A DNA stretch of 54,512 nucleotides from Candidatus Sericytochromatia bacterium (GTDB lineage: Bacteria; Cyanobacteriota; Sericytochromatia; S15B-MN24; UBA4093), in the NCBI GenBank assembly GCA_036676495.1, contig JAKFCT010000037.1, forward strand, positions 1 to 54,512. The letters are read 5' to 3'. Below, piece after piece: positions 25,348-34,750 of this stretch. The notes under the pieces were generated by a model, which was not told where the DNA came from, did not search any database, and saw only the letters and a program-made list of their open reading frames with translations. Each line of letters starts with the position of its first letter. The stretch's first letter is position 1. Made by a program: the position numbers and the translations under genes.

Positions 25348-27570
25348 ATGCGTCACTTTCGCCTCATCACCCTGAGCCTGGCCTTCACCCTCCTGGGCTG
25401 CCAAGTGCCCCTGAACCTCCCCCATGCGATCACTCCCGCCACGCAAGGCCCGGACGGAAGCGCCATGGGCCCCGAGGACGAGGCCGCCCCGCGCATGGGA
25501 ACCCTCCGCTTCGCCATCCGCTGGCCCGAGCGCGACCTTCCCGGCTTCTCGGCCCAGGTGATCCCCCTCAGCACCGAGACGATCGTCTTCGAACTCTGGA
25601 AACCCGGCGACACGACCGATCAGCCGCCCCTGGAAAGCCAGACCATCCGGCGCACGACGGGAAGCGCCATCTCCAGCACCACCCTCAGCCTGCCGGTCGG
25701 AACCGGGTACACGGCCCGCGCCCGGGCCTACGACGCCGCGGGCAACGAGATCGCCAGCGCCGTCAAGCCGGGCTGCGAGGTCGTCTGGGGCAAGTCCTCG
25801 GCCGTCGCCATCACCCTCGGGGCCGCCTTCGCTCCCCAGATCACGGGCCTTCACGTCAAGGACGGCTTGCTCACCCAGGCCCATGGCACCCCCGGCCAGG
25901 CCCTGACGATCACCGGGATCAACCTCGATCGTGCCCCCAACCCCATCGTCATCTTCCCCTCGGGCGTCGAGGCCGCGGCCACTTATCACGCCCCGGAACT
26001 CACCGTCACCATCCCCCCCGGGGCCGGCTCGGGCGACCTGCACCTCAAGGTGGACGGCGTCAAAAGCGAAAACGGAGCGCCGTTCCAGGAAGTGCGAAGC
26101 CTCGAACTCAGTGCCGACGGCGAAGGCCAGGGCGGAGAGCGCGACGGAGACGGCGCCATCGCCACATGGCTGGGCGATTCCTTCCCGATCCGGATCACGG
26201 GCACGGATACGGCCGGAATGGACGTCGCAAAGCCCGCCGTGACGGGATGGAACCTCCCCGGAGACGGCGTCGGAGAGATGCTGGCCGGCGACGTCTACCA
26301 GGCCCTCAAGCTGGGCAAGAGCACGCTGACCGTCCGCATGCACGAGCTTTCGAGCTCGCGCGCGATCGTCGTCGCCCCCCCGGCAGGCACCATCCACCGG
26401 CCCGCCGACTTCGTCCAGGGCCTCACCGATCACAGCCTGACCCCCATCGGCGAGAACTGGCTCGTCGCCTGGCATGATCCCGCCCGCTCGAAGGTCTACT
26501 GGCGCCTCATCGACAAGAACGGCCTCCCGCAGGGAGCCGCCCACGAGACCACCGCCATCGGCAGCGGAGCCGAGCGCGCCGTCCGCGTCGCCGCGGTTCC
26601 CGCCCATCCCGATCCCGCCGATCCCGGCAAGACCGTTCCCGCCACCGCCTTCCTCGCCTACCGCGCCGTGATCGGGAACCGCAACATGGTCGTCTTCCAG
26701 CCCCTCGATCCTCTCACCGGGGCCGAGCGCGGCGGCGGCAAGGCGCTCGTCTTCGATACCGCCTACGACTCCGACGGCCTCGTCGACCTGGTCGCCAACG
26801 ACGAGGGGTACGCGCTCGCCATGCAGCGCTTCACCGGCACGCATTACGTCCAGATGCTCCACACCTTCCGCTACCGCCCCGAGACCCCGACCGCGTCGGA
26901 GTCCTACCCCTTGTCCAAGACCCGCACGTACACCCGGGGCGCAGGCAACGAGTTCATGTACTACCCTCCCTCGGAAGACACCTTCTCGGTGGCCCCGAGC
27001 GGCAAGCAGTTCGTCGTCGCCCGCCACTTCGGCACCAGCGGCGGAGCCGGGCCCACCGCCCTCGAGATCGAGCACATGAACCTCGATCTGACGGCCGTGA
27101 AACCCGCGAAGGCCTTCCTCCACGATCGAAACCGCGTCGTCTCCGTCGCCACCGACGGCAATCTCATCCTCGCAGCCGCCATGGAGGTCCTGCCCTCGGG
27201 AACGATCATCAAGCTCTACCGCTACGACATGAACCTCGATCAGCAAAACATGGGAGAGACCATCGCCACGCTGGGCATCGCCGGGAGCGATCCCGTGAAC
27301 TGGCCGCTGAAGCTCGTCTGGGACGGCACGCAGTTCCTCTTGAGCTATGCCCGGCAGGTCGGGACCCTCGAGGAGGGCCAGCTCGTCCAGCGGCCTCAGG
27401 CCATGATCCAGGCGATCAACAAGGACGGCACGCTGAGCGGGCCCGCCTATCCCATGGCCAAGGTCAGCCAGGTCCCGGCCCTCTTCCCGACCGCGGAAGG
27501 CGGCATGGCCCTCTGGCTGGACTCCGCCCGCGCGCTGCACATGCGCCGGATGAAGTTCCGCAAGCCCTAG
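25348..27570 (+). CDS. Lipoprotein with IPT/TIG domain and probable C-terminal beta-propeller-like domain
   Basis: Lipobox LLGC; GTLRFAIRWP; LTITGINL; repeated strand motifs (WLVAW, LVWDGTQFLLSY, GGMALW). Confidence 0.75.
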   Translation: MRHFRLITLSLAFTLLGCQVPLNLPHAITPATQGPDGSAMGPEDEAAPRMGTLRFAIRWPERDLPGFSAQVIPLSTETIVFELWKPGDTTDQPPLESQTIRRTTGSAISSTTLSLPVGTGYTARARAYDAAGNEIASAVKPGCEVVWGKSSAVAITLGAAFAPQITGLHVKDGLLTQAHGTPGQALTITGINLDRAPNPIVIFPSGVEAAATYHAPELTVTIPPGAGSGDLHLKVDGVKSENGAPFQEVRSLELSADGEGQGGERDGDGAIATWLGDSFPIRITGTDTAGMDVAKPAVTGWNLPGDGVGEMLAGDVYQALKLGKSTLTVRMHELSSSRAIVVAPPAGTIHRPADFVQGLTDHSLTPIGENWLVAWHDPARSKVYWRLIDKNGLPQGAAHETTAIGSGAERAVRVAAVPAHPDPADPGKTVPATAFLAYRAVIGNRNMVVFQPLDPLTGAERGGGKALVFDTAYDSDGLVDLVANDEGYALAMQRFTGTHYVQMLHTFRYRPETPTASESYPLSKTRTYTRGAGNEFMYYPPSEDTFSVAPSGKQFVVARHFGTSGGAGPTALEIEHMNLDLTAVKPAKAFLHDRNRVVSVATDGNLILAAAMEVLPSGTIIKLYRYDMNLDQQNMGETIATLGIAGSDPVNWPLKLVWDGTQFLLSYARQVGTLEEGQLVQRPQAMIQAINKDGTLSGPAYPMAKVSQVPALFPTAEGGMALWLDSARALHMRRMKFRKP

Positions 27571-27573
27571 ACC

Positions 27574-28491
27574 ATGCTTCCGCTCGTCATCCATCCCGAG
27601 GTCCGCGAAGCCCTGGACTCCGGGAAGGCCGTGGTGGCCCTGGAATCCACCCTCATCACGCACGGCATGCCCTATCCCCAGAATGCCTCCACCGCCCTCG
27701 CCGTGGAGGCCCTGATCCGGGAGGCGGGCGCCGTCCCCGCCACGATCGCCGTCCTCGACGGCCGGATCACGGTCGGGCTCGAGCGCGCGCAGATCGAGGC
27801 CCTGGCCCGGCGGAAGGACGCGGTGAAGTGCAGCCGGCGGGACCTTCCGGTCATCGTCGCCAAGGGCCTGACCGGGGCCACCACGGTCGCCGGCACCATG
27901 ATCGTGGCCGCCATGGCCGGCATCCGGATCTTCGTCACCGGCGGGATCGGAGGCGTGCACCGCGGCGCCGCTCAGACCATGGACGTCTCGGCGGATCTCG
28001 TCGAGCTCGCCAGGACCTCGGTGGCGGTCGTCTGCGCCGGGGCAAAGTCCATCCTCGACCTGGGCCTCACCCTGGAGGTCCTGGAAACACAAGGCGTCCC
28101 GGTGATCGGCTACGGCACGGATCGCTTCCCGGCCTTCTACGTCCGGGACTCGGGCTTCGACGTGCCCCACCGGGCCGATAGCGCCGAGGAAGTGGCCGCG
28201 ATCCTCGCGTGCAAGTGGTCGCTAGGGCTGGAAGGCGGGGTCGTGATCGCCAACCCCATCCCCGACGCGCATGCCCTCCCAGCCGAGGCCATCGAGGCGG
28301 CCATCCAGGAAGCCCTGCGGGAGGCCGATGCCCGCGGGATCTGCGGCAAGGACGTCACTCCCTTCCTCCTGGGGCGGCTCGGGACGATCACCGAGGGCCG
28401 GAGCCTGGAGGCGAACATCGCCCTGCTCAAGGCGAACGCCTCGGCCGGCGCGGCGATCGCCAACGCCCACGCCCGCAAGCGCCAGATTTAA
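27574..28491 (+). CDS. psuG: Pseudouridine-5'-phosphate glycosidase
   Basis: VVALESTLITHGMPYP, KCSRRDL, TGGIGGVHRG, SADL, GKDVTPFLL. Confidence 0.96.
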   Translation: MLPLVIHPEVREALDSGKAVVALESTLITHGMPYPQNASTALAVEALIREAGAVPATIAVLDGRITVGLERAQIEALARRKDAVKCSRRDLPVIVAKGLTGATTVAGTMIVAAMAGIRIFVTGGIGGVHRGAAQTMDVSADLVELARTSVAVVCAGAKSILDLGLTLEVLETQGVPVIGYGTDRFPAFYVRDSGFDVPHRADSAEEVAAILACKWSLGLEGGVVIANPIPDAHALPAEAIEAAIQEALREADARGICGKDVTPFLLGRLGTITEGRSLEANIALLKANASAGAAIANAHARKRQI

Positions 28492-28703
28492 CTATTTCTT
28501 AGCCTCATGACAGCCCTTCCTTAGCAAACAAGGCCCTCAACCGACGTAGAGTAAGGCCATGGGCCGCTGAGAGGCGCCTGAAACCCGAAAAACCGGGTCC
28601 CACGCCACTCGCCCCCCTTAACGACCACCATGACGCGGCCAAAAGCCGCTCCAGCCCGCGCCGAACGCGCTCATGGCTGTATAACGTTGAATCGAGGCTA
28701 TCG

Positions 28704-28790
28704 ATGAACTTCCTGAACCTGATCTCCTACTTCCCGCAGTACAGCCGCACGACCCCGTCGGAACTCGACATCGCGTCGCTGACCCGCTAA
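28704..28790 (+). CDS. Putative 28-aa small protein MNFLNLISYFPQYSRTTPSELDIASLTR
   Basis: GAGG SD, TATAAC upstream, almost all G/C third positions, hairpin downstream. Confidence 0.5.
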   Translation: MNFLNLISYFPQYSRTTPSELDIASLTR

Positions 28791-28810
28791 ACCGGGAAAA
28801 CCCATACGAC

Positions 28811-28845
28811 GAAAGGTCCGGTGAGCATGGCTCGCCGGACCTTTC
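28811..28845 (+). terminator. Hairpin after small ORF
   Basis: gaaaggtccggtgagc-atg-gctcgccggacctttc. Confidence 0.65.
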
Positions 28846-28947
28846 CGCTTGAAGGTGGTCGCCGGGAGAGCGGCCGTTGACGACCCTCGCCGCCGGCCGC
28901 GAGGATCCTCGCGCGCGGACCGCGCGGAGATCGCGAAGGAGGGACGC

Positions 28948-29859
28948 ATGGCCAGCAAGAAACCGAGCCAGCATGGTCTGATCGGAGCGGCGAACCCGCT
29001 TGCCGAGACGCGAGCGGCGGGCGAGAAGCCTCCCCAGCAGCAGCCTTGGCCGGGGAGCGAGGCGGGGATGCGTCCCGCGGCGGATCACGGAGAGCAGACG
29101 TACCAGGGAGCGAACAAGCTCCTGGGGAAGAAGGCCCTGATCACGGGGGGAGATTCGGGCATCGGGCGGGCCGTGGCGATCGCCTTCGCCCGGGAAGGCG
29201 CAGACGTGGCGATCGCCTACTATGACGAGCGCGAGGACGCCCAGGAGACCATGCGCTGGGTCGAAGAGGCCGGCCGCAAGGGCCTCGCCATCCAGGGAGA
29301 CCTGGGCAACCGCGACCATTGCCGGGAAGTCATTCGCCAGGTCGTCGAGGACCTCGGTGGGATCGACATCCTGGTCAACAACGCCGGCCGGCAGACGGAA
29401 ACCGAGCGCCTCGCCGAAATCATGCCGGAGCAGCTGGAGCGGACGTTTCGGACCAACTTCTTCGCGCTCGTCTGGCTCACCCAGGCGGCCCTCGAGCACA
29501 TGCCGGAGGGCGGCGTCATCCTGAACACGGGCTCGGTGCAAGGCTTCAGCCCCGATCCCAGCCTGATCGACTACGCCGCCACCAAGGCGGCCATCCACAA
29601 CTTCACCAAGGCCCTGGCCCCGCAGGTCGCCGAGCGGGGGATCCGGGTCAACTGCGTCGCCCCCGGGCCGGTCTGGACGCCCCTGATCGTCTCGACGATG
29701 GACGATGCGACGATCACGCGCTTCGGATCGTCGAGCGTCTGGAAGCGTCCCGCCCAACCCGCCGAAATTGCCCCCAGCTACGTCTTCCTGGCCTCGAACG
29801 ACGGGCGCTACTACACCGGCGAGATCCTGGCCCCGACGGGAGAGGAGACCACCCGATAG
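28948..29859 (+). CDS. SDR family oxidoreductase (YhdF/YghA-like)
   Basis: TGGDSGIGRA, NNAG, YAATK, VAPGPVWTP. Confidence 0.93.
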   Translation: MASKKPSQHGLIGAANPLAETRAAGEKPPQQQPWPGSEAGMRPAADHGEQTYQGANKLLGKKALITGGDSGIGRAVAIAFAREGADVAIAYYDEREDAQETMRWVEEAGRKGLAIQGDLGNRDHCREVIRQVVEDLGGIDILVNNAGRQTETERLAEIMPEQLERTFRTNFFALVWLTQAALEHMPEGGVILNTGSVQGFSPDPSLIDYAATKAAIHNFTKALAPQVAERGIRVNCVAPGPVWTPLIVSTMDDATITRFGSSSVWKRPAQPAEIAPSYVFLASNDGRYYTGEILAPTGEETTR

Positions 29860-29898
29860 GCAGGAGTCGCAGGTTGGCATGCGGAAGGCGGTGCGAGC

Positions 29899-30228
29899 TC
29901 ACCACTTCTTGAAGACGAAGAAGACCGCCAGCATGATGCAGGCGAAGCCCGCCAGGTAGTTCCAGCGCAGCTCTTCCTTGAGGAAGGTCACCGAGAAGAC
30001 GCAGAAGACCACCAGGGTGATGGCCTCCTGCATGGTCTTGAGCTGCGCGGCCGTGAACTGCCCATGGCCGATCCGGTTGGCGGGCACCATCAGCATGTAT
30101 TCGAACAGGGCAATGCCCCAGCTGACCAGGATCACGGTCAGCAGCGGCAGGTGCTTGTACTTCAGGTGCCCGTACCACGCGAACGTCATGAAGACGTTCG
30201 AAAGCAGGAGCAGGATCAGGGTTTGCAT
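29899..30228 (-). CDS. DMT family small membrane protein (DUF486)
   Basis: SNVFMTFAWYGHLK, WGIALFEY, PANRIG, QLK.MQE. Confidence 0.9.
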   Translation of the reverse strand: MQTLILLLLSNVFMTFAWYGHLKYKHLPLLTVILVSWGIALFEYMLMVPANRIGHGQFTAAQLKTMQEAITLVVFCVFSVTFLKEELRWNYLAGFACIMLAVFFVFKKW

Positions 30229-30229
30229 C

Positions 30230-30401
30230 TAATCTTCCCTATCTTGCCCCCCTCGACGGGGGGGCGGGGCGAAGCCCCGGGGGGTGTTTGCCGGCGAAGC
30301 CATGGTGTTCCTCGTTATTAGGAACCTGGGAGCAGTAACACCCCCCTGCCGGCTACGCCGGCCGTCCCCCCGTCAAGGGGGGACAATTAGAGGAAGATTT
30401 A
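30230..30401 (-). mobile_element. Gene-less MITE/REPIN-like copy (B) of the DUF559 element
   Basis: Reverse complement aligns with both arms at 46212-46290 and 46665-46750; terminal ATCTTCC/GGAAGAT inverted repeats flanked by TA. Confidence 0.85.
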
Positions 30402-31802
30402 GGGGTGCTCGTGCCTCAGGTGCAGCAGCAGCTCGTCGGTATCCGTCAGGACGATCTCGGTGAGCTGCGGCGCCAACCCGATGTACCCGGCCGGAGTCAG
30501 GGCTAACAGGCGATCGCGAGTCTCGGCATCGACGTCGAGGCCCCGCACGAAGGCATGCAGGGACTCCAAGGTCACCTGCTGACCCCGGGTCAGCGCCGAC
30601 AGCGCCTCGTAAGGCATGGCGTAGCCCTTGGAGCGAAGCACGGTCTGGTAGGCCTCGGCCAGCACCTCGGGATGCGCGTCGAGATCGGCGCGCATGCGCG
30701 CGGCGTCCGGATCCAGGCGGCGGATCCCCTGGACCGTGCTCTTGTAGGCCAGGAGCGCGTGGCCGAAGGCGACGCCCAGGTTGCGCAGGACGGTCGAGTC
30801 GGAGAGATCGCGCTGCAAGCGGCTCTTGGTCAGCTTCTCGCCGAAGAAGACGAAGAGGGCGTTGGCCAGGCCGAGGTTGCCCTCGGAGTTCTCGAAGTCG
30901 ATGGGGTTGACCTTGTGGGGCATGGCCGAGGAGCCGATCTCGCCCGCGACGGGCTTCTGGCGGAAGTAGCCGTCCGAGACGTAGCGCCACATGTCCTGAT
31001 CGAAGTCGAGCAGGACGTGGTTGAGGCGCCGGAAGTGGTCGCAAAGAGCCGCCAGGCGGTCATGGGGCTCGATCTGGGTGGTGACGAGGTTGGGGATCAG
31101 GTCCAGGCGGCGGATCACTTGCTCGGAGAAGGCGATCCAGTCGGCGTCGGGATAGGCGATCGCCAGCGCCCCGAAGGTGCCGGTGGCGCCGTTGAGCTTG
31201 CCCGTCAGCTGGAAGCGATGGAGGGCCCTGAGCTCAGGCAGGAGACGATGCGCGAAGACGGCCATCTCCTTGCCGAGCGTGGTGGGAGTGGCGCTCTGGC
31301 CGTGGGTCCGCGAGAGCATCGGGACGGTCTTGTTGCGGGCGGCGAGGTCGCGCACGGCCTGCAGCACGTCGAGCAGGGCCGGCAGCATGACGTCGCGGGT
31401 GGCGTCGCGCAGCATGCACGCGTAGGCGAGGTTGGAGACGTCCTCGGAGGTGAGGCCGAAGTGGACCAGCTCCACCTCGGAGGCCAGCCCCGGAATCTGG
31501 CGGATCCGCTCCTTGAGGTAGTATTCGACCGCCTTCATGTCGTGGTTGGTCTTGCGCTCGATCTGCTTGATCTCCTCGGCGTCGACCGCGTCGAACTCCT
31601 CGTAGAGCTTGCGCAGGCGGGCGAAGGCATCGGGGCCGAAGCGGTTCAGGTCCTGGTGGACCACCCCCAGGAGGGCCGTGAAGACCTCGACTTCGACCAT
31701 GACCCGGTAGCGGTTCAGCGCGAACTCCGAGAAATAGTCACCCAGGGGTTGAACCTTGGTGCGGTAACGTCCGTCGAGCGGGGAAATGGCAGTCAAACTC
31801 AT
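30399..31802 (-). CDS. purB: Adenylosuccinate lyase
   Basis: LTAISPLDGRY, TNHDMKAVEY, GSSAMPHKVNPIDFENSEGN, SRLQRDL. Confidence 0.98.
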   Translation of the reverse strand: MSLTAISPLDGRYRTKVQPLGDYFSEFALNRYRVMVEVEVFTALLGVVHQDLNRFGPDAFARLRKLYEEFDAVDAEEIKQIERKTNHDMKAVEYYLKERIRQIPGLASEVELVHFGLTSEDVSNLAYACMLRDATRDVMLPALLDVLQAVRDLAARNKTVPMLSRTHGQSATPTTLGKEMAVFAHRLLPELRALHRFQLTGKLNGATGTFGALAIAYPDADWIAFSEQVIRRLDLIPNLVTTQIEPHDRLAALCDHFRRLNHVLLDFDQDMWRYVSDGYFRQKPVAGEIGSSAMPHKVNPIDFENSEGNLGLANALFVFFGEKLTKSRLQRDLSDSTVLRNLGVAFGHALLAYKSTVQGIRRLDPDAARMRADLDAHPEVLAEAYQTVLRSKGYAMPYEALSALTRGQQVTLESLHAFVRGLDVDAETRDRLLALTPAGYIGLAPQLTEIVLTDTDELLLHLRHEHP

Positions 31803-31939
31803 GGGGTATCCTTGTGCTAGAGTGGGGCCTGAGGGTTATCATGGTAAGGCCTGTCGCCTGGGGCCGAAAGCCCCTCCCCGGAGGAATCTTGCATGGCCCC
31901 GGAACGACCCCCGTCGCCACGCCTCGCGGATCGCCCGCG

Positions 31940-33730
31940 ATGACCCAGGAAACGCGCTTCCGATCGGATCTTATGCCTCAAAAAGCCCAGCTCTCCTTTC
32001 TGGTCGAGACCAGCCAAATCGTCCACTCCACCCACGACTACGAGGGCATCATCGCCCAGGTGGTCCGCAAGGCCACGGAGGTGCTGGGCAACTGCGCGGT
32101 GCTGTTCTCGATCGAGGAAGGCAAGCCCCGGCTGCTCCCGCAGGCCGTCTACGCCACCGAGCAGCATCTCATGGAAGCGCTCATGCAGCTCATTTACGCC
32201 GAGCCGCCCGCCCTCGCCCGGAGCGCCACGGGCCGCGCGGCCCGGCTCGGGGAGTCCGTGCTGATCCCGGATACCCGGCAGCATCCGGATTTCGACCCCG
32301 CCTACCGGGAGGTCGCCGGGATCCTCTCCTACCTCGCCGTCCCCGTCCGGAGCGGCGGCCAGCTGCTGGGCTACCTCGCCTCGGGAAGCATGGATGCCAG
32401 GCGGATCTTCACCGAGGACGACCGGGCCATGGCCCAGGCGATCGCCGACCTGACGGGAATCGCCATGGCCAATTCGCGCTTCATGTCGAAGGAAGTCCGG
32501 CTCCGCCAGAAGACCGAGGTGCTCCTCAAGGTGGCCAAGGCCATCCGCTCCGAGCGTAACCTGGCCGCCGTCCTGCAGGAGATCGCCGACGTCACCTGGC
32601 AGTTCGTCCAGCCCGACACCGCCGCCATCCTGCTGATCGACGAGGGAAGCAGCGCCTTCCGACTGGCCGCCATCACCAGCCTCCATCACTTCCCCAGCGG
32701 CGAAGGGCTCACCTCCCCCGTTCAAGAGGGCGTGCTCTCCGAAGTGCTGCTCGAACGCAGCCCCATGTTCATCCAGGATCTCCGAGAGTCCCCCCTCACC
32801 CCCTCCGAGGCCAGCATCCTGGGCATGGACGACCAGTCGGCCTCCTTCCTCGGAGTCCCGATCCTGCTCGAAGGCACGGCCTGCGGCATGCTGGTGCTGC
32901 TCTGGGACGGAGCCCGTCATCCCCTCCAGGAAGAGGAAAACGAGCTCTCGCTGGGCGTCGCCGAGCTGGTGGCCCTCGCCATCGACAACCAGCGCCTGAT
33001 CAAGCAGGAAGCCGCCGCCCACTCCGAGCGGATCCTGGCCGAAGAGGTCGCCAAGGAGCGCGAGGCGCTGATCCGTCAGATCGTCCATGACCTCCGCAAC
33101 TCCACCCAGGCCATCAGCCTGATCAACGAGGAGATCGAGTCGGTGGGCGCCGACCGTCCCGAAATCCTGCTCGGGGTCTCCGCCATCGACCGCCAGATCT
33201 CGTTCATTTCGAACTTCCTCAAGGAGAAGCTGGCCTGGGTGAAGAACTCGCAGGGCCGGCCGGCCCTGATCCCCACGGAGCTCGACGCGGCCCTGGCCCA
33301 GATCGAGGCGCAGTTCGGCCCCTTGTTCGCAAGCCACGGCCAGACGCTCGACATCGAGCCGGTCCCCAAGGGAGAACAGCTCACCATCTCGGAGGTCCAG
33401 CTCGATCAGATCCTCGGCAACCTCCTCGACAACGCCCAGAAGTACACGCCTCCCGGCTCCAAGATCCGGCTCTGGGTGGCCCTCTCCGACGGCTGGGCGA
33501 CCCTTTACGTCTCCGACGACGGGCCGGGCATCCCCCTTGAACTCCAGCCCAAGATCGGTCAGCTGGGCTTCCGGGGCTCGGATTCGACCGAGGGATCCGG
33601 GATCGGCCTCGCCAACGTCAAGAAGCTGGTCAACTCGGCCGGCGGCCTCTTCGGCTTCACGAGCCGGCCCGGCAAGGGTTCGACCTTCTTCGTCTCGCTA
33701 CCGACCACCCGCTGGGGCGTGCCCAACTGA
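31940..33730 (+). CDS. GAF-GAF sensor histidine kinase (cytoplasmic, no adjacent regulator)
   Basis: Two GAF-like regions; H-box HDLRN; NLLDNAQKY, DDGPGI, GSGIGL, GSTF. Confidence 0.9.
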   Translation: MTQETRFRSDLMPQKAQLSFLVETSQIVHSTHDYEGIIAQVVRKATEVLGNCAVLFSIEEGKPRLLPQAVYATEQHLMEALMQLIYAEPPALARSATGRAARLGESVLIPDTRQHPDFDPAYREVAGILSYLAVPVRSGGQLLGYLASGSMDARRIFTEDDRAMAQAIADLTGIAMANSRFMSKEVRLRQKTEVLLKVAKAIRSERNLAAVLQEIADVTWQFVQPDTAAILLIDEGSSAFRLAAITSLHHFPSGEGLTSPVQEGVLSEVLLERSPMFIQDLRESPLTPSEASILGMDDQSASFLGVPILLEGTACGMLVLLWDGARHPLQEEENELSLGVAELVALAIDNQRLIKQEAAAHSERILAEEVAKEREALIRQIVHDLRNSTQAISLINEEIESVGADRPEILLGVSAIDRQISFISNFLKEKLAWVKNSQGRPALIPTELDAALAQIEAQFGPLFASHGQTLDIEPVPKGEQLTISEVQLDQILGNLLDNAQKYTPPGSKIRLWVALSDGWATLYVSDDGPGIPLELQPKIGQLGFRGSDSTEGSGIGLANVKKLVNSAGGLFGFTSRPGKGSTFFVSLPTTRWGVPN

Positions 33731-33878
33731 TTCCGCCGTATCGGCCATCCATCGATCTGTCCTGAAGCGGGACGGGTTCTTCGTGAATGCCTGCGATTCC
33801 CTCCGGGATGCGGGGCGCTACCATGACGCTCTCGAGGAGGGCCGTGGCCGGTCCTCGTTTCGAATGAAGGAGGTCGAC

Positions 33879-34133
33879 GTGGCTGCGCATCCCGAGGAGG
33901 CTCAGGTCGTGACCCTGGTCGATGAGGCCGGCAACAAGCAGGACTTCACCCTGCTTCAGGTCGTGAAAATCCATTCCAGCGCCTACGCGCTGCTCTCACC
34001 GGGAGAGGAGGCCGCGGCCGAGCCCGGCACGGTCGTCATCCTCCGGGTGGAAGACAATACCCTCATGTCCATCGAGGACGAGGGAGAGTTCAACCACGTG
34101 GTGGCTCACCTGCAAGGCCAGGCCGAGCACTAG
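33879..34133 (+). CDS. DUF1292-like small acidic protein
   Basis: AAGGAGG SD then GTG; VTLVDEAG, YALL, SIEDEGEFNHV. Confidence 0.75.
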   Translation: MAAHPEEAQVVTLVDEAGNKQDFTLLQVVKIHSSAYALLSPGEEAAAEPGTVVILRVEDNTLMSIEDEGEFNHVVAHLQGQAEH

Positions 34134-34167
34134 CGCCTGCGGCCGGTAGGACCGATAGGCTCGAGAC

Positions 34168-34203
34168 AAAGGGCGAGGGACCTCACGGCCCCTCGCCCTT
34201 TTC
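34168..34203. terminator. Bidirectional terminator
   Basis: aaagggcgaggg...ccctcgccctttt between convergent genes. Confidence 0.75.
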
Positions 34204-34213
34204 ATGCGCGTGG

Positions 34214-34744
34214 TTACAGGATGGCCCGGACCGCTTCCGTCAACGTCTGGGCATCGATGGGCCCGATGTACTTCTCGACGATCCGACCCTCGCGATCCAC
34301 CAGGAACGAGGTCGGAATCCCCCGGATGCCTCCGTAGCTCTGGGTCACCGCTTGATTTCCCATCATCAGCGGATAGGAAATCGCGTACTCCTGGGCGAAG
34401 GGCACGACCACGCCCGGCCCCCCTTCGTCCAGCGAGATGCCGAGGATCTCGAAGCCCTGGTCGTGCAGGGAATTGCGAACCTGGTTGAAGGCCGGAATCT
34501 CTTCCTTGCACGGCGGGCACCAGGTCGCCCAGAAGTTGACCAGCACCACGTTCCCCTTGTACTCGGACAGGGAGATCGTTCCCTCCCCGCGGACGGCCGG
34601 CAGGGCGAAATCCGGAGCCATGGCCGCGTTGGCGGCCCCACCCGCCTGCCGGGAAGCGTTTCCGGGGAAGAAGAAGAACGTTGCCCCGGCCCCCAGCGCA
34701 ATCACGGCGAGCAGGGCCACGAGGATCCACTTGGTCTTTGACAT
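34214..34744 (-). CDS. TlpA/ResA family thiol-disulfide oxidoreductase (copy 1)
   Basis: N-terminal TM; APDF; NFWATWCPPC; GIPTSFLVD. Confidence 0.93.
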   Translation of the reverse strand: MSKTKWILVALLAVIALGAGATFFFFPGNASRQAGGAANAAMAPDFALPAVRGEGTISLSEYKGNVVLVNFWATWCPPCKEEIPAFNQVRNSLHDQGFEILGISLDEGGPGVVVPFAQEYAISYPLMMGNQAVTQSYGGIRGIPTSFLVDREGRIVEKYIGPIDAQTLTEAVRAIL

Positions 34745-34750
34745 GAGAGG

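Noticed and set aside
23689-28170. 1493-aa minus-strand ORF and other long shadow ORFs (2549-4447, 4287-6227, 7973-10153, 21331-23598, 23529-26477, 52237-54207)
   Set aside because: Antisense or frame-shifted shadows of real high-GC genes; no recognisable motifs
27574-28491. psuG as part of the lipoprotein system or orphaned from psuK
   Set aside because: Adjacent and probably co-transcribed, but no functional link is evident; the kinase may lie elsewhere
28560-28730. CTGAGA and GAACCTGATC suggested a TPP riboswitch
   Set aside because: The motifs are about 150 nt apart, the downstream TAAT..GCG.AGGG core is missing, and no thiamine gene follows
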